Assembly: GCA_964588955.1 (NCBI GenBank)
Contig: CAZPQJ010000001.1
Location: forward strand, 10,155 to 74,154
DNA length: 64,000 nucleotides
DNA from: an uncultured Gammaproteobacteria bacterium
GTDB lineage: Bacteria; Patescibacteriota; Patescibacteriia; UBA9934; CAMTUG01
Direction of reading: 5' to 3'
The notes beneath the pieces are model-generated. The model saw nothing but the letters and a program-made list of their open reading frames with translations, was not told where the DNA came from and did no database searches. Shown here one piece after another: positions 8,809 through 20,807 of the stretch. Made by a program: the position numbers and the translations under genes. The first letter of the stretch is position 1. Every line of letters starts with the position of its first letter.

Positions 8809-10548
8809 CTATTCCGCCACGCGGAAGACTTCGTCGACAGAAGTTACCCCGTCGATGGCTTTTAACAAACCATCTTGAACCATCGTCACCATCCCTTGTT
8901 TTAAGGCGATGTCGCGCATTTGATATTCCGAAACGTTGCCGGTGAGTACGGCTTGTTCCACGTCGGCGGCCATTTGTAGTAATTCATAGATGCCGACGCG
9001 GCCTTTGAATCCGCTATTGTTGCAGGCCTCACAGCCTTTGCCGCGATAAAATTTCATCGTTTCCAAGTTGACCACCTCGCCAGAGTTCGCCGGAATTTCT
9101 GACAAGAGTTTTTGCACACGAACAAGTACGTCAGGTTCAAGCGTAACTTCTTCTTTGCAGGCGGTGCAGATTTTGCGCACCAAGCGCTGGCCGATCATGG
9201 CGTTTAAGGCAGGTGCGAGCAAAAACGGCTTGACTCCCATGGAGAGGAAGCGGGGAATGGCTCCGGCGGCGTCGTTGGTATGGATCGTAGAGAGCATCAG
9301 GTGGCCGGTCAGCGAAGCTTGGATGGCGATCTCGGCCGTCTCTAGGTCGCGAATTTCTCCGACCATGACAATGTCTGGGTCTTGGCGGAGAATCGAACGC
9401 AATCCCTTGGCAAAGGTGTAATCTTTGGTGTGGTCAATCTGGCTTTGGTTGATCCCTTCCACTTTGTATTCAATTGGGTCTTCCAAAGTGATAATCTTCA
9501 CGTCTGGCGCGTTGAGTCGTTGGAGTACGGCGTAGAGCGTCGTCGTTTTACCAGATCCGGTTGGACCGGTGGTAATAATCATTCCATGGGGTTTCTCAAT
9601 TTCTTTGCGTAGTTTTTCAAACACGGGCGGTCGTAGTCCTAACTTTTCAAAATCCAATTTTACCGCCCCGGAGCGCAGTACGCGCATCACCACAGACTCG
9701 CCATAAGCTGTCGGCAGGGTAGAAGTACGCACGTCGATTTCTTCATCCTTCAAGTATATAGTAAAGCGCCCGTCTTGCGGTCGGTCGGTGATGTTGATTT
9801 TTAGTCCAGCGATCAATTTGATGCGGCTGACAATGCGCTTCCAGGATTCCGCGGGGAGCATGGCCACGTCTTGCAACAGGCCGTCGACGCGTAGACGGAA
9901 TTTGACTCCTTCTTCCTCGGCTTCAATATGCAAATCACTCGAATCGAGTTCCAAGGCAGCGGAAATCATCACGCTCAACACGTCAGTGGTTGAAGCACTC
10001 GTCAGCAATGTTTGCACGGCGGCAAAATCTTTGACCTGGCTGCGATAGCGCGTCATTTCTGCATCGGTAATTTTTACCCCTTTAATGACCTGCTTAATTT
10101 TTGGTAACGCGGCATACAGAGCTAAAGCTTTTTCTAAACTGTGTTCACTAATCGCGTAGACGGCGGCTGTTGCCTTATTGCGTTCTCCCAGCTGATAAAC
10201 AAGTTCGGTAACCGCCGGATCGTTGGGGGTAAGGGCGCCAACACGAATTTCTGTACCGCTAAAAAGAAAGGGAATGGCTTTGAGTGCCCGCGCTTGCTCT
10301 TCCGGCACCAGTGCCAGTGCTTCCGGGGAGACGGCATAGGAGGTGAGGTCCACATAACCGACCTGAAGTTGGGTGGCCAGATCTTTGGCGATTTTTTCCT
10401 TTTCCCCCGTTTGGATAGCGGTCATCTTTTGCTCAAACTTTTCGGTGGCGCTTGGCGGCGTCAACACAACCGGAGCGGCTTTTTTCGCCGGAACCGGAGC
10501 GGGTTGTTTTTTCAACAAGTCTTCAATGGAGGGGAGATCAGATGGCAC
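8809..10548 (-). CDS. pilB: type IV pilus / type II secretion assembly ATPase (GspE/PilB family)
   Basis: 579 aa; Walker A GPTGSGKTTTLYA; GspE-N-like N-terminal domain; C-terminal CxxC...CxxC zinc-binding motif. Confidence 0.9.
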   Translation of the reverse strand: MPSDLPSIEDLLKKQPAPVPAKKAAPVVLTPPSATEKFEQKMTAIQTGEKEKIAKDLATQLQVGYVDLTSYAVSPEALALVPEEQARALKAIPFLFSGTEIRVGALTPNDPAVTELVYQLGERNKATAAVYAISEHSLEKALALYAALPKIKQVIKGVKITDAEMTRYRSQVKDFAAVQTLLTSASTTDVLSVMISAALELDSSDLHIEAEEEGVKFRLRVDGLLQDVAMLPAESWKRIVSRIKLIAGLKINITDRPQDGRFTIYLKDEEIDVRTSTLPTAYGESVVMRVLRSGAVKLDFEKLGLRPPVFEKLRKEIEKPHGMIITTGPTGSGKTTTLYAVLQRLNAPDVKIITLEDPIEYKVEGINQSQIDHTKDYTFAKGLRSILRQDPDIVMVGEIRDLETAEIAIQASLTGHLMLSTIHTNDAAGAIPRFLSMGVKPFLLAPALNAMIGQRLVRKICTACKEEVTLEPDVLVRVQKLLSEIPANSGEVVNLETMKFYRGKGCEACNNSGFKGRVGIYELLQMAADVEQAVLTGNVSEYQMRDIALKQGMVTMVQDGLLKAIDGVTSVDEVFRVAE

Positions 10549-10559
10549 AGGCGGACAGA

Positions 10560-11561
10560 TTAGCGTTTGAGAAGATGTTTGGCGATCCGTTCGAGTTTGG
10601 AGACAATGCGGGAAGTTTTGCCGAAACGCTCATATAGATGATACCAGGCGGCATAGGTAAAACTGGTGGCAAAACCGAAGAGGGCAAGGACGATGAGACA
10701 CAAGAGGACGGCACCGAACGTGATGGTCAGAATCCACAAGAGGCCGGAACCAACCAAGATGGAAGCTTTAAGAAAAAGGAGATAGGGAACGGCGAACAAA
10801 AGAACAGCGGCAACGACGGCTCCGGAAAATATGGCGTTGATAAAAAAGAGCAGAACAGCCATTTCTGTGATCGGCAGCCAGTGACGAACGAGCACCTCGG
10901 CGCTGGCGCGAATGGATGCCTTCACCGTTTTCTTTTTTGCGATCGTTTCAATGACGCTGAAAATGGAAAGATAACTCACGAGCAATGCCAGGGGGATAAA
11001 CACGATCAGCACACTGAAGTTCACGAGTGCGTTGACGGTGGCGCTTGGGTGCGCGAGAATCGCGAAAAGCAGTGTTGCTCCAAGCGACAGAACAATCAGC
11101 ACTGCGCGAAAGAGCAGATCAATCGCCAGAACTTTTCCCAGTTCCCGTGTAGTACGGGAAAAGAGCGAGGGGATCTTTTTTTTGTGATCGAGCGCTGGAA
11201 TTGCTCCTACCAGTTCCGCTTGAGCGCACAAGGCAAGGACGCTGAGCAGCAACATGGCTAGCAGAATGCAGGTAACGGTAATAGTCAGTCGTGTTGGGGA
11301 CGTAAGAGCGATTTTTTGGACGTAGGCAAAAATCGTGGTGGCACCGGCGACGCTTTGTTCAAGATATCCGCGCAAGCCGGTGTGGAGTGCCTCGCCCTTG
11401 AAGGTATTGGCGACGATTTGAAAGACGGAGCCGCTATTGATAATCCCAGCTAACACACCAAAGATCCACAGTCGTTTGTGGTTCCAGGCGCTTTGCCAAG
11501 CTTGCCGTAAGATCGGCCGGTGCACGGCGAGTGTTTGTTTTCCTCCAGGCATATCCTCCAA
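10560..11561 (-). CDS. hypothetical polytopic membrane protein
   Basis: 333 aa, highly hydrophobic with at least 6 TM; immediately downstream of pilB on the same strand. Confidence 0.5.
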   Translation of the reverse strand: MEDMPGGKQTLAVHRPILRQAWQSAWNHKRLWIFGVLAGIINSGSVFQIVANTFKGEALHTGLRGYLEQSVAGATTIFAYVQKIALTSPTRLTITVTCILLAMLLLSVLALCAQAELVGAIPALDHKKKIPSLFSRTTRELGKVLAIDLLFRAVLIVLSLGATLLFAILAHPSATVNALVNFSVLIVFIPLALLVSYLSIFSVIETIAKKKTVKASIRASAEVLVRHWLPITEMAVLLFFINAIFSGAVVAAVLLFAVPYLLFLKASILVGSGLLWILTITFGAVLLCLIVLALFGFATSFTYAAWYHLYERFGKTSRIVSKLERIAKHLLKR

Positions 11562-11615
11562 AAAAAGATCGGAGCAGATGAAACCATCTGCTCCGCCATT
11601 TTACACTATTTATCC

Positions 11616-13454
11616 TTAAGTTGTCTGCTCGTGATAGTTGGGGTGGCTGGTGAAGAGGGCTTCGAACTCGTCTTTCTCCAGGGTTTCTTTAACCAGCAGT
11701 TCTTTGACAATGGCGTCCAAACGATCGCGTTTTTCGGTGATGATCTTTTTGGCCGTAGCCATGGCGTTGTTGATCATCCCCATGATTTCCTCATCAATCG
11801 CCTCAGCCCACTTTTCCGAGTAATCGCGGTTCTCGTGAATCTCACGACCCAAGAAGACCATCTCATCTGTTTTGCCAAAGGTGCGTGGCCCAAGTTTTTC
11901 ACTCATGCCGTATTTGGTGATGAGCTCTTTAGCCGTTTGGGTGGCACGGCGCAAGTCGTCGGACGCGCCGGTAGTCATGTCGCCAAAGACTAACTTCTCT
12001 GAAGTATAGCCCCCCAAAAGCACGGCCATCTCATCGATGAACTCGGCACGCATGTGCATCTTCTTGTCTTCAATTGGCAACTTCATGGTGTAGCCGGCGG
12101 CGCGACCTCGGCTAATGATGGAGATTTTGTGCACGGGATCGGCGTGAGGGAGTTCATGCGCCACTAAGGCGTGACCGGCTTCGTGATAGGCCGTGACTTC
12201 GCGTTCTTTTTTGGAGAGAATGTGGCTCTTGCGTTCGGGACCCAAAATAACTTTGTCTACCGACTCCAGCACTTCATTGAGTCCGATCGTTTTTTTGTTG
12301 CGGCGGGCGGCTAAGATGGCTGCTTCGTTCAACAAGTTGCCGAGGTCGGCACCAGAGAATCCAATGGTGCGTTCAGCAAGTTTTTTCAAATCAACGTCTT
12401 TGTCCATGGGTTTGTTGGCGGCGTGGATTTCCAAAATAGCCTGGCGATCTTTGAGATCTGGCAAGTCAATCATCACCCGGCGATCAAAACGTCCCGGACG
12501 CAACAAGGCGGGGTCCAGCACGTCGGGGCGGTTGGTGGCGGCAATGACGATGACGCCGAGGTTTGGATCAAAGCCGTCCATCTCCACCAAAATTTGGTTG
12601 AGGGTTTGTTCGCGCTCATCGTGTCCACCGCCTAAGCCCGCGCCACGTTGACGTCCAACGGCATCAATTTCGTCAATAAAGATAATACACGGAGCGGTTT
12701 TTTTGGCTTTGGCAAACAAATCACGCACCCGGCTGGCACCAACGCCTACAAACATCTCTACAAATTCCGATCCGGAAATATGATAGAACGGCACGTCGGC
12801 CTCGCCGGCCACTGCGCGTGTGAGCAATGTTTTGCCTGTTCCTGGAGAACCCATCAATAAGACTCCTTTTGGAATTTTCGCCCCTAATTCGGTGAACTTT
12901 TTTGGGTCACGTAAAAATTCAACGATCTCGGAGAGTTCTTCCTTGGCTTCTTTTACTCCGGCGACGTCTTTAAAGGTTACTTTGTTTTTTGTTTGATCAA
13001 CCTCGCGTGCTCCGGATTGTCCAAAGCTCATCGCCTTTTGATTGGAGCCTTGCAACTGACGCACCATAAACCAAAAGACCACAATCAGAACGAGAAGTGG
13101 CAAAAGAGAAGGGAGGATTGATTTCAAAAAATATTGCTTGCCGCTTAAATCTTTGACGTTGATAGCCACCTTGGAGAGTTCTTCGGGGGTGACTCCGTAG
13201 CTTGTAAGCAGCTCTGGGAGTGATTGCCCCGCTTCTTTTTTGGTGGTTTGTGTCGTGCCATCTGTAAGACTAGTTGTAATCGTGTCTTGCTCGACATCGA
13301 TGTGATCAACGGTGCCGGCATGGATTTCTTCCACCACCACGTTTATCGCCACTTCCGCCGGTTTAGGCGCGGACAAGTTTACCGTGGAAAAAATGGCACC
13401 AATGGCGATAATGGCAATCAGGAAAAGAATGATATTTTTGGATAGTGGTTTCAT
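11616..13454 (-). CDS. ftsH: ATP-dependent zinc metalloprotease FtsH
   Basis: 612 aa; AAA Walker A GSPGTGKT, second region of homology, HEAGHA zinc-binding motif. Confidence 0.95.
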   Translation of the reverse strand: MKPLSKNIILFLIAIIAIGAIFSTVNLSAPKPAEVAINVVVEEIHAGTVDHIDVEQDTITTSLTDGTTQTTKKEAGQSLPELLTSYGVTPEELSKVAINVKDLSGKQYFLKSILPSLLPLLVLIVVFWFMVRQLQGSNQKAMSFGQSGAREVDQTKNKVTFKDVAGVKEAKEELSEIVEFLRDPKKFTELGAKIPKGVLLMGSPGTGKTLLTRAVAGEADVPFYHISGSEFVEMFVGVGASRVRDLFAKAKKTAPCIIFIDEIDAVGRQRGAGLGGGHDEREQTLNQILVEMDGFDPNLGVIVIAATNRPDVLDPALLRPGRFDRRVMIDLPDLKDRQAILEIHAANKPMDKDVDLKKLAERTIGFSGADLGNLLNEAAILAARRNKKTIGLNEVLESVDKVILGPERKSHILSKKEREVTAYHEAGHALVAHELPHADPVHKISIISRGRAAGYTMKLPIEDKKMHMRAEFIDEMAVLLGGYTSEKLVFGDMTTGASDDLRRATQTAKELITKYGMSEKLGPRTFGKTDEMVFLGREIHENRDYSEKWAEAIDEEIMGMINNAMATAKKIITEKRDRLDAIVKELLVKETLEKDEFEALFTSHPNYHEQTT

Positions 13455-13532
13455 AGCCGGAGAAGATTAGGTTGGACTTTAGTATAACACAGGCGGGGTT
13501 CTGCCCCGCCTGTGTCTTCTACCCGCGTATCC

Positions 13533-14672
13533 TTATTCGGTAACTTCTGCCTTTTTTTCGCTTTCTTCCTTTTCGGCGGCTTTTGTTTCCTCAGGTTTTT
13601 CTTTCAAAGCTTTGAGGGAGAGGCCCAAGCGGTGTTCGTTGGGTTCAATGGAGACAATGCGGAATTTGACGGTCTCGCCAATGGTGGCGAACTTGTTTGG
13701 ATCCTCGACGGGGCTGTCGGAGAGCTCGCTGACGTGCGCCAAACCGTGGATTTCGGCATCCAGCTCTACAAACAGGCCGAACGGGTTAATCTTCAAGACC
13801 TTTCCTTCCACCAGATCTCCAACTTTATAGCGGGCGGCTACATCTTTCCATGGATCGGCAATTAGTTTCTTCATCGACAAGAAGATTTTTGATCCTTCAA
13901 TGCCGATGATTTCTGCTTTTACCGTTTGACCAACTTTGACCACGTCTTTGGGGTGATCAATGCGCTGCCAAGCGAGTTCAGAAATGTGTACCAAGCCTTC
14001 GAGTGAGCCGAATTTCACAAAGGCGCCGAAGTCGGCCACGGCCGTGACTTCACCTTCAATCACATCGCCAACTTTGTGTTGAGCAATCACGTGGCGCTGG
14101 CGATCTTCCCACAATGCTTTTTCGGAAACGATTAATTTCTGATCATTTTCGTTAGCGTCGATTAAGCGCACTTCCATGGAAGAGCCAACGTAGGATTTCA
14201 ACTTCTCCAAAATCTTGCCTTTGTCGCCGCCGGTAACGCGCGGGTAGTGCTCCGGAGCCAACTGCGAGACAGGCAAGAAGCCGGTCACGTTTTCCAAGCG
14301 CACAATAAGTCCGCCTTTGTTGGCGTCCAGGATTTTGACACTGACCGCGTCGCCGGTGGCGAACATGCGGCGCAATTCTTCCCAGGCTTTCTTTTGACCC
14401 GCAAAGCGGAAGGAGAGTTCCATCTCGCCGTTCTCGTTTTCCAGTTCAACCACGGTCGCTTCCACGTCGTCACCTGGCTTCAAGGAGCTGTATTCCTTGC
14501 TCTCGGCGTACAGTTCACGCCCGCGGATGACGCCGGTTTTGACGCCGTTAATATCGATACGCACTTCGCGGCGGCTGGAAGAAATAATCGGACCCTTAAC
14601 AACGTCTCCTACTTTAGGAAACACCAGGTAGGACCCGTCTTCGAGCAACTCGGACAACGTTTTGTCGGCCAT
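13533..14672 (-). CDS. rpsA: 30S ribosomal protein S1 (four S1 domains)
   Basis: 379 aa with repeated S1 RNA-binding domain pattern (GxV.G.V..i..fGaFV..g...GLvHiSel). Confidence 0.8.
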   Translation of the reverse strand: MADKTLSELLEDGSYLVFPKVGDVVKGPIISSSRREVRIDINGVKTGVIRGRELYAESKEYSSLKPGDDVEATVVELENENGEMELSFRFAGQKKAWEELRRMFATGDAVSVKILDANKGGLIVRLENVTGFLPVSQLAPEHYPRVTGGDKGKILEKLKSYVGSSMEVRLIDANENDQKLIVSEKALWEDRQRHVIAQHKVGDVIEGEVTAVADFGAFVKFGSLEGLVHISELAWQRIDHPKDVVKVGQTVKAEIIGIEGSKIFLSMKKLIADPWKDVAARYKVGDLVEGKVLKINPFGLFVELDAEIHGLAHVSELSDSPVEDPNKFATIGETVKFRIVSIEPNEHRLGLSLKALKEKPEETKAAEKEESEKKAEVTE

Positions 14673-14890
14673 AAGGATAGGCTTGACTCTGCCTCACCCA
14701 AAACGGGCTCCGGGGAATCAAGAACTAAGGATTAAGTAAGTAGCGGGAGTTTAATAGAAAGCCGGCTTTTTGGCAAGAGCAAGCCAAGGGATGGACATTT
14801 TGTGGGTTTTCGTTTAAGGTGATCCGTCCGGTTCTTGCGTCATCCGACGTTGGAAACACCCAATGGCTTCCGGAAGCCCGAGAATCTCCC

Positions 14891-15370
14891 ATGTCTCTCC
14901 TCCTCCTGTCTTTGTTCGCCTGCGACGGCCTCGCCAACCACCTCAGCACCTCCCCCAAGGGGCCGATCGTCTGCACCTACAGCTGGCGCTTGCCGGCCAA
15001 CGAGGGCGTTCTCGACGATTCCCCCGTCACGTTCACCTATAACAGTCGCAGCCACGACTTCAAGGACAGTTATGGTCGAGGGGATGTGTCGGCACCTATC
15101 AAGTCGGGGGTGGCTTCGTTCGAGTTCTATCTGGTGGACGAGGTCGTCGTGGGCGGGCTCGTCAGGAAGACGGATACAGCGGCCGGGGAATATGACCCGG
15201 AACATCCGGAAGACGTTTTCCTTTGGGTCTGCGAGTTCGGTCGCCTCACGAGCGTGCAGACGGTCACCTGTGTCGACAGTGCCGGCAAGTCTGTTCCGAC
15301 GGCGCGCTCCATCGACATGGAGTTTCGTCACGGGAAGGGATGCGAAGTTGTTGTGAAGTTCGCAGACTAG
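14891..15370 (+). CDS. hypothetical lipoprotein, high-GC orphan
   Basis: Start refined to MSLLLLSLFAC (lipobox LFAC-D); GC-rich third positions; no known domain. Confidence 0.45.
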   Translation: MSLLLLSLFACDGLANHLSTSPKGPIVCTYSWRLPANEGVLDDSPVTFTYNSRSHDFKDSYGRGDVSAPIKSGVASFEFYLVDEVVVGGLVRKTDTAAGEYDPEHPEDVFLWVCEFGRLTSVQTVTCVDSAGKSVPTARSIDMEFRHGKGCEVVVKFAD

Positions 15371-15476
15371 GATTCCGTCTTGTCCCTGCCTACGTCGAAC
15401 CACTCCCGCTCGGAGTGGTTCTGCATTTTTATAAAGTTGTGACCAAGGCTGTCGGGCCTTGGTCGGGGAGAAGGGG

Positions 15477-16046
15477 CTAGTCTTTCCAGTGTTCGCGATC
15501 AATGATTGCGAGGAGTTGGGTAAAAGCCCGGTCGAGGGTGCTGTTGATGATGAAGTAGTCCCAGTTGGCGGCCAGGCGGCGTTTTTCCGCCGCGGCCAGG
15601 AGACGTAATTCGATTTGTTCGTCATCTTCGCTACCACGGGCGCGCAGACGTTCGGCGAGAATCGTATCACTTGGAGCGTCGATGAAGATGCGCACGGCTT
15701 GAGGATACGTTTGCATCACTTGCCGTGCCCCCACGTCATCGACCTCGAGGATGATCGATCGACCCTCGGCAAGAGTGCGAGCGACCGGTTCCGCGGGCGT
15801 GCCATAGTACCGCCCGTAGACCTCGGCATGCTCGAGCAGGGCGCCGCGATCGCGTAGGCACAGAAAGGCCTCGGTCGAAATGAAGGTGAAGTCGACTCCT
15901 GCCACTTCGTTGGGGCGTCGGTTCCTTGTTGTAACCGAGACGGAGTGAGTAATTTCAGGTCGTGCGGTACGGAGTTGCCGCAGGAGGCTCGTCTTACCTG
16001 ATCCGCTCGTGCCATCGAAGACGATGAGTTTTCCGTTGTTGCTCAA
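15477..16046 (-). CDS. gmk: guanylate kinase
   Basis: 189 aa; P-loop GTSGSGKTSL; SVSVTTR..R..E..G.DF.F guanylate-kinase signature. Confidence 0.85.
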   Translation of the reverse strand: MSNNGKLIVFDGTSGSGKTSLLRQLRTARPEITHSVSVTTRNRRPNEVAGVDFTFISTEAFLCLRDRGALLEHAEVYGRYYGTPAEPVARTLAEGRSIILEVDDVGARQVMQTYPQAVRIFIDAPSDTILAERLRARGSEDDEQIELRLLAAAEKRRLAANWDYFIINSTLDRAFTQLLAIIDREHWKD

Positions 16047-16096
16047 GGAACACCTCTAGAATCGGATCGTAACAAGGAAAAGGAGATATTGCCACC

Positions 16097-16804
16097 GTGC
16101 CAAGGCGCAGGTACTATAATCGCCATATGACCCATCCCCACAAAGCCATGCTTGATGAGTTTGCCTACGCTCTTGACCATCTTCCCCTGACTGTTCCCGA
16201 CGCCATTGTGAAAGAAGGTCGTCAACTTCACAAAACGCTGTCTGAGAATCCAGAAGCCACGGCCGAGGAAATCCAGGATGCTATGGTCGCGATTGGGAAA
16301 AAAGAATATCCCTTCCGCAAGGCGTACCAAGACATGATCGGTCAAGTTTCCGAAGAGCGTCACGTGGAGTTGGTGCTGGAACATTTGGAACCCGAGGTGC
16401 GAACGAAAGTGCAGGAGCTGTTGAACTCGGGAGTCAGCCTTGATGCCTTGTGCCGCAGTTCCATGTTTGAAACAGACTTTACTGCTGAAGAGCGCTATCA
16501 AGTGGAAGATGGCATTTTGCACGCTGCGGATCACGTAGCTGAAGAACTGCCGGAAAAAATCGCCGCTGATTCCTCGCGCTACGATGCGTTAGTGGCCGAA
16601 TGGAAAGCTAAACAAGCAAAGATTGAAGAGAAAATCGTCGAGTTGAAAGCGCTGGCCAGTAAGGATCCCAAGTGGTCGGCCGAGATTCTTGATAAGGTTA
16701 AAACGCTGGAGGAAGGTTGGACACTGACCGAACGCGATCCGGAACTACTGGAAGTGGAGAAAGAGATCGAATATTGGATGGGGACGATAGCGGACATTGG
16801 CTAG
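16097..16804 (+). CDS. hypothetical acidic/coiled-coil protein
   Basis: 235 aa, Glu/Lys-rich helical; no motif recognised. Confidence 0.45.
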   Translation: MPRRRYYNRHMTHPHKAMLDEFAYALDHLPLTVPDAIVKEGRQLHKTLSENPEATAEEIQDAMVAIGKKEYPFRKAYQDMIGQVSEERHVELVLEHLEPEVRTKVQELLNSGVSLDALCRSSMFETDFTAEERYQVEDGILHAADHVAEELPEKIAADSSRYDALVAEWKAKQAKIEEKIVELKALASKDPKWSAEILDKVKTLEEGWTLTERDPELLEVEKEIEYWMGTIADIG

Positions 16805-16865
16805 CGCCAGGGGGAGAGGTGTGCTAGAATGAGCCGGCAAAAGAGGAGGATAGCCTATTGAACGT

Positions 16866-17519
16866 ATGCAAATTTCCTGGCACGGACTGAACTGTTTTTC
16901 CATCACCGTTTCCTCGATTAATGGGGAAGCGGCGATTGTTCTCGATCCCTATCAAAACGAAACCGGCTTGCGTTTCCCGCGCACGCTTGGCGCCGATGTG
17001 GTGGCAAGTACGCACGACGGGGAGGATGCCAATAACCGGGAAGCCGTTGGGGAAAACGGCCACGGCAAACCGTTCGTGATCGACATGCCTGGCGAATACG
17101 AAGCCAAAGGCATCTTTGTGCACGCCATTGACGCTAAACGTAAGGAAGACAAGCACAGTCACCACATGCTGTTAGTTGAAGCTGAAGGCATCACCATCGC
17201 TCATTTGGGGGCGATGAATCGTGAACTGAGCAACCAAGAATTGGAAGCTCTCAACAACGTGGATATTTTGTTGGTGCCGGTCGGTGGTGGACGTTATATG
17301 GGTCCAAAGACGGCGGCAGAAGTGATCGCGCAAGTAGAGCCGCGAATTGTGATTCCTTATGCCTTCGACACCGACGGGGTGAAGGAAAAATTGGAGCCGG
17401 TCGACGCGTTTTGCAAAGCGCTCGGCGTATGCAAGCGGGAAGACACCAATAAATTGAAAGTCAGCAAAAAGAATTTACCCGAAGATGAGATGGTTATTTA
17501 CGTTTTAGCTCGCAGTTAA
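16866..17519 (+). CDS. MBL-fold metal-dependent hydrolase (UPF0173-like)
   Basis: 217 aa; HxHxDH-like STHDGED region and overall resemblance to small standalone metallo-beta-lactamase-fold proteins. Confidence 0.6.
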   Translation: MQISWHGLNCFSITVSSINGEAAIVLDPYQNETGLRFPRTLGADVVASTHDGEDANNREAVGENGHGKPFVIDMPGEYEAKGIFVHAIDAKRKEDKHSHHMLLVEAEGITIAHLGAMNRELSNQELEALNNVDILLVPVGGGRYMGPKTAAEVIAQVEPRIVIPYAFDTDGVKEKLEPVDAFCKALGVCKREDTNKLKVSKKNLPEDEMVIYVLARS

Positions 17520-17523
17520 GGCT

Positions 17524-17934
17524 ATGACACGTGTCCAGCATGTAGCGGCAGAAGAACACCACCCGCGCCCGATGACGCATCCGTCAGACGCTACGCGCCG
17601 GCGATGGTTTATTGCTTCCGCTGTGCTTACCGGTGGCTTGGCGCTGATCGGTTGGATGTATTTTTTCTCTGGACAGGTCGCCGCGCTCGCTAACCATCTT
17701 CCTGGTGCTGTTGCTTCCGAAACCCTGAAGCAGTTTGCTACAGAAACACAGTCGCTCGGTGCGGGAGCGGTGGGAGATTTCAAAACCACCTTGGCTCCAG
17801 CGGCCGTGGCCGCCGTGGAAGATGTTCAGGCGGAACTCGAAGCCAAAGCTAAACTGGCCAATGTGGTACAACAAATGACGGCAGAACTTTCCGCGAATAC
17901 GGAGACCACAGCTGATCCTCAAGAATCCAATTAA
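17524..17934 (+). CDS. hypothetical membrane-anchored protein
   Basis: 136 aa; one predicted TM ([20 protein letters not shown]) then a helical Ala/Glu-rich tail. Confidence 0.4.
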   Translation: MTRVQHVAAEEHHPRPMTHPSDATRRRWFIASAVLTGGLALIGWMYFFSGQVAALANHLPGAVASETLKQFATETQSLGAGAVGDFKTTLAPAAVAAVEDVQAELEAKAKLANVVQQMTAELSANTETTADPQESN

Positions 17935-17939
17935 TACGT

Positions 17940-20432
17940 ATGGCGATCAAACGACCAAAACAGGGGAGTCTTTCTGTAGAAAATAAAGCGCTGTTCGACA
18001 CGATCGGTAAAGTAGATATTCGCCCAATTACCAGCGAAATGGAAACGGCCTACATGAGCTACGCCATGTCGGTGATTGTTTCGCGCGCTTTGCCAGACGT
18101 GCGTGATGGCTTGAAGCCGGTGCATCGTCGTATTTTGTACTCCATGTGGCAAACCGGTTTGCGCGCTGGTTCGCGTTATAAGAAATGTGCCACTGTGGTT
18201 GGAGACGTGCTTGGTAAGTACCACCCGCATGGTGACTCCGCGGTTTACGATTCCTTGGTGCGCATGGCGCAGGATTTTTCTCTGCGCTACCCATTGGTCA
18301 ACGGTCAGGGCAACTTCGGCTCGCTCGACGGCGATTCGGCCGCTGCCTATCGTTACACCGAAGCCAAACTGACTGCCATCTCTGAAGAGATGTTGAATGA
18401 TATTGAAAAAGACACCGTTGATTTCATGCCCAACTTCGACGGCACGCACAAAGAACCGAAAGTGCTGCCGGCCGCTTTTCCTAACTTGCTATTAAACGGC
18501 ACGCTCGGTATTGCTGTGGGCATGGCCACCAACATTCCTCCTCACAACCTCACCGAGTTGTGCGATGGGGTGGAACATTTGTTGGACAATCCAGAAGCTT
18601 CGATTGAAGATTTGATGAAGTTTGTGAAAGCTCCAGACTTTCCCACCGGCGGCATCATCTACAACGTTCGCGACATTCAACAAGCCTATGCCACGGGTAA
18701 GGGATCGGTCGACGTGCGTGCCAAAACGGAGATTGTGGAAGGGAAGAATGGCTGGCAGATTATTGTGTCAGAAATTCCGTATCAGGTGAACAAGGCAACT
18801 TTGTTGGAAAAAATTGCTGAGTGCGTGCAGGAGAAAAAAATTGAAGGCATACGCGACTTGCGCGATGAATCGACTCGCGAAGGGGTGCGCATTGTGGTTG
18901 ATTTGAAGAAAGATGCCTATCCGCAAAAGGTGCTGAATCGTTTGTTCCAATTGACGGCTTTGCAACAGCCGTTCCATTTCAACATGCTGGCCTTGGTTGA
19001 TGGTATTCAGCCGCGCGTGCTCAACTTGAAGATGATGTTGGAGGAGTATGTGAAGCATCGTGAAGTGGTGGTGCGCCGCCGAACCCAGTACGATTTGGAT
19101 CGCGCCAAAGATCGGGCGCACATTTTGGAAGGGTTGCGTATTGCTTTGTTGCAAATCGACAAAATTATCGCCACCATCAAAAAATCCAAAGACAAAGACG
19201 ATGCGCGGGTCAATTTGATGAAAGGATTTAAACTGTCGGAATTGCAGGCGGGCGCCATTTTGGAGATGCGTTTGCAAGCCTTGGCCAACCTAGAGCGCTT
19301 GAAGGTGGAACAGGAATACGAAGAAAAGATGAAGTTGATCAAAGAGCTGGAAGCAATCTTGAAATCGCGTGCCCGCATTTTTGGCATCATCAAGTCCGAA
19401 ATTCAAGATATCAAGAAGCGCTTTGGCGACGAACGTCGTACCGAGATTGTTAAAGCTGGCATTGGTGAGTTCCGCATTGAAGACGTGATTCCTGACTCGC
19501 CAACCATCGTTCTTATTACCCGTGATGGCTATATTAAGCGCTTGCCTCCGGACACTTTCCACACCCAAGCGCGCGGAGGCAAAGGCGTGGCTGGGCTCAC
19601 CACCAAAGAAGAAGATATTGTCGAACATACTTTTTCAACGACGACGCATAAAGATTTAATGTTCTTTACTTCTCGAGGACGTGCCTTCCAACTCAAGGCC
19701 TACGACGTGCCCGAAGCGTCACGCACCGCTAAGGGTCAGGCCTTGGTGAATTTCTTACAGCTGGCGCCAGGGGAGAAGCTTTCTGCTGTGCTCTCGCTCG
19801 ACGACATGGCGAGCATGAAGTATTTGGTGATGGTTACCAACAAGGGAACGGTTAAAAAGACGTCGCTGGAAGACTTTGCCAACGTGCGTCGATCGGGGCT
19901 GATCGCTATAAAGTTGCGCGAAGGTGACAACTTGGAGTGGGTTAAACCATCGACAGGCAAAGATGATGTTATCTTGGTGACTAGCAACGGCCAGTCGATT
20001 CGCATGACTGAAGAAGATATGCGCCCCATGGGACGCGTGGCTTCCGGCACCCGCGGTATTCGTTTGAAGGGATCAGATGAAGTGGTTGGTATGGATGTGT
20101 TGCCGAACAAAACCAAAGATGGGGAGTATCAGTTGTTAGTGGTGATGCAAAATGGTTTTGGCAAACGGACAGACGTGACAGAATATAAAACCCAAGGACG
20201 TGGAGGATCTGGTATTAAAACTGCCGCGGTGACAACGAAGACGGGAAAAGTCGTTTCTGCCTTTGTGGTGCGCGGCAACGACGAACGCGACTTGTTCTGT
20301 GTGAGCGAAGGCGGGCAAGTGATTCGCACGAGCCTCGCTTCCATTAGCGAAGTTGGTCGTGCCACCCAAGGCGTGCGCGTGATGCGGTTCAAAGAGGAAA
20401 ATGACAAAGTCGCATCGGTAGCGATTATCTAA
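17940..20432 (+). CDS. gyrA: DNA gyrase subunit A
   Basis: 830 aa; N-terminal [23 protein letters not shown] with catalytic-Tyr region; C-terminal beta-pinwheel repeats. Confidence 0.95.
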   Translation: MAIKRPKQGSLSVENKALFDTIGKVDIRPITSEMETAYMSYAMSVIVSRALPDVRDGLKPVHRRILYSMWQTGLRAGSRYKKCATVVGDVLGKYHPHGDSAVYDSLVRMAQDFSLRYPLVNGQGNFGSLDGDSAAAYRYTEAKLTAISEEMLNDIEKDTVDFMPNFDGTHKEPKVLPAAFPNLLLNGTLGIAVGMATNIPPHNLTELCDGVEHLLDNPEASIEDLMKFVKAPDFPTGGIIYNVRDIQQAYATGKGSVDVRAKTEIVEGKNGWQIIVSEIPYQVNKATLLEKIAECVQEKKIEGIRDLRDESTREGVRIVVDLKKDAYPQKVLNRLFQLTALQQPFHFNMLALVDGIQPRVLNLKMMLEEYVKHREVVVRRRTQYDLDRAKDRAHILEGLRIALLQIDKIIATIKKSKDKDDARVNLMKGFKLSELQAGAILEMRLQALANLERLKVEQEYEEKMKLIKELEAILKSRARIFGIIKSEIQDIKKRFGDERRTEIVKAGIGEFRIEDVIPDSPTIVLITRDGYIKRLPPDTFHTQARGGKGVAGLTTKEEDIVEHTFSTTTHKDLMFFTSRGRAFQLKAYDVPEASRTAKGQALVNFLQLAPGEKLSAVLSLDDMASMKYLVMVTNKGTVKKTSLEDFANVRRSGLIAIKLREGDNLEWVKPSTGKDDVILVTSNGQSIRMTEEDMRPMGRVASGTRGIRLKGSDEVVGMDVLPNKTKDGEYQLLVVMQNGFGKRTDVTEYKTQGRGGSGIKTAAVTTKTGKVVSAFVVRGNDERDLFCVSEGGQVIRTSLASISEVGRATQGVRVMRFKEENDKVASVAII

Positions 20433-20807
20433 CTTGATCGGATCGTACAGGGTCGGCCTTTTAGAGGATCGGGGCGGGTCAGATTATATAGGCGGGAGTC
20501 TTTACTCCCGCCTTGTGTGTTGAAATTGATCGTCCGTCAAAGTACGTGTTTCTAAATCGGTGTCGCACAGATGTATTAGAGATATCATCCGGGAGTCTTC
20601 CACGATATACCTCGTCAAAAGTAGGTTAGAAGCATACCCTCTCCAGAACATCGTTTTTCAAATAGGTGCGTGTTAGGAGGTGTTTTGTATAGATTAAGTT
20701 TATACAAACCACACCTAATCCGAACCTATTCCTAAAACAACTCAATTGGAAGGTATCTTATCCTGGCAGATTATCTAAAACAGCTAGGCGGGGCACAGTG
20801 ACCCCGC

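Noticed and set aside
10141-10563. 140 aa ORF and other 60-120 aa ORFs inside or antisense to pilB, ftsH, gyrA, infB and leuS
   Set aside because: Embedded in or opposite to well-supported long genes with no independent signals.
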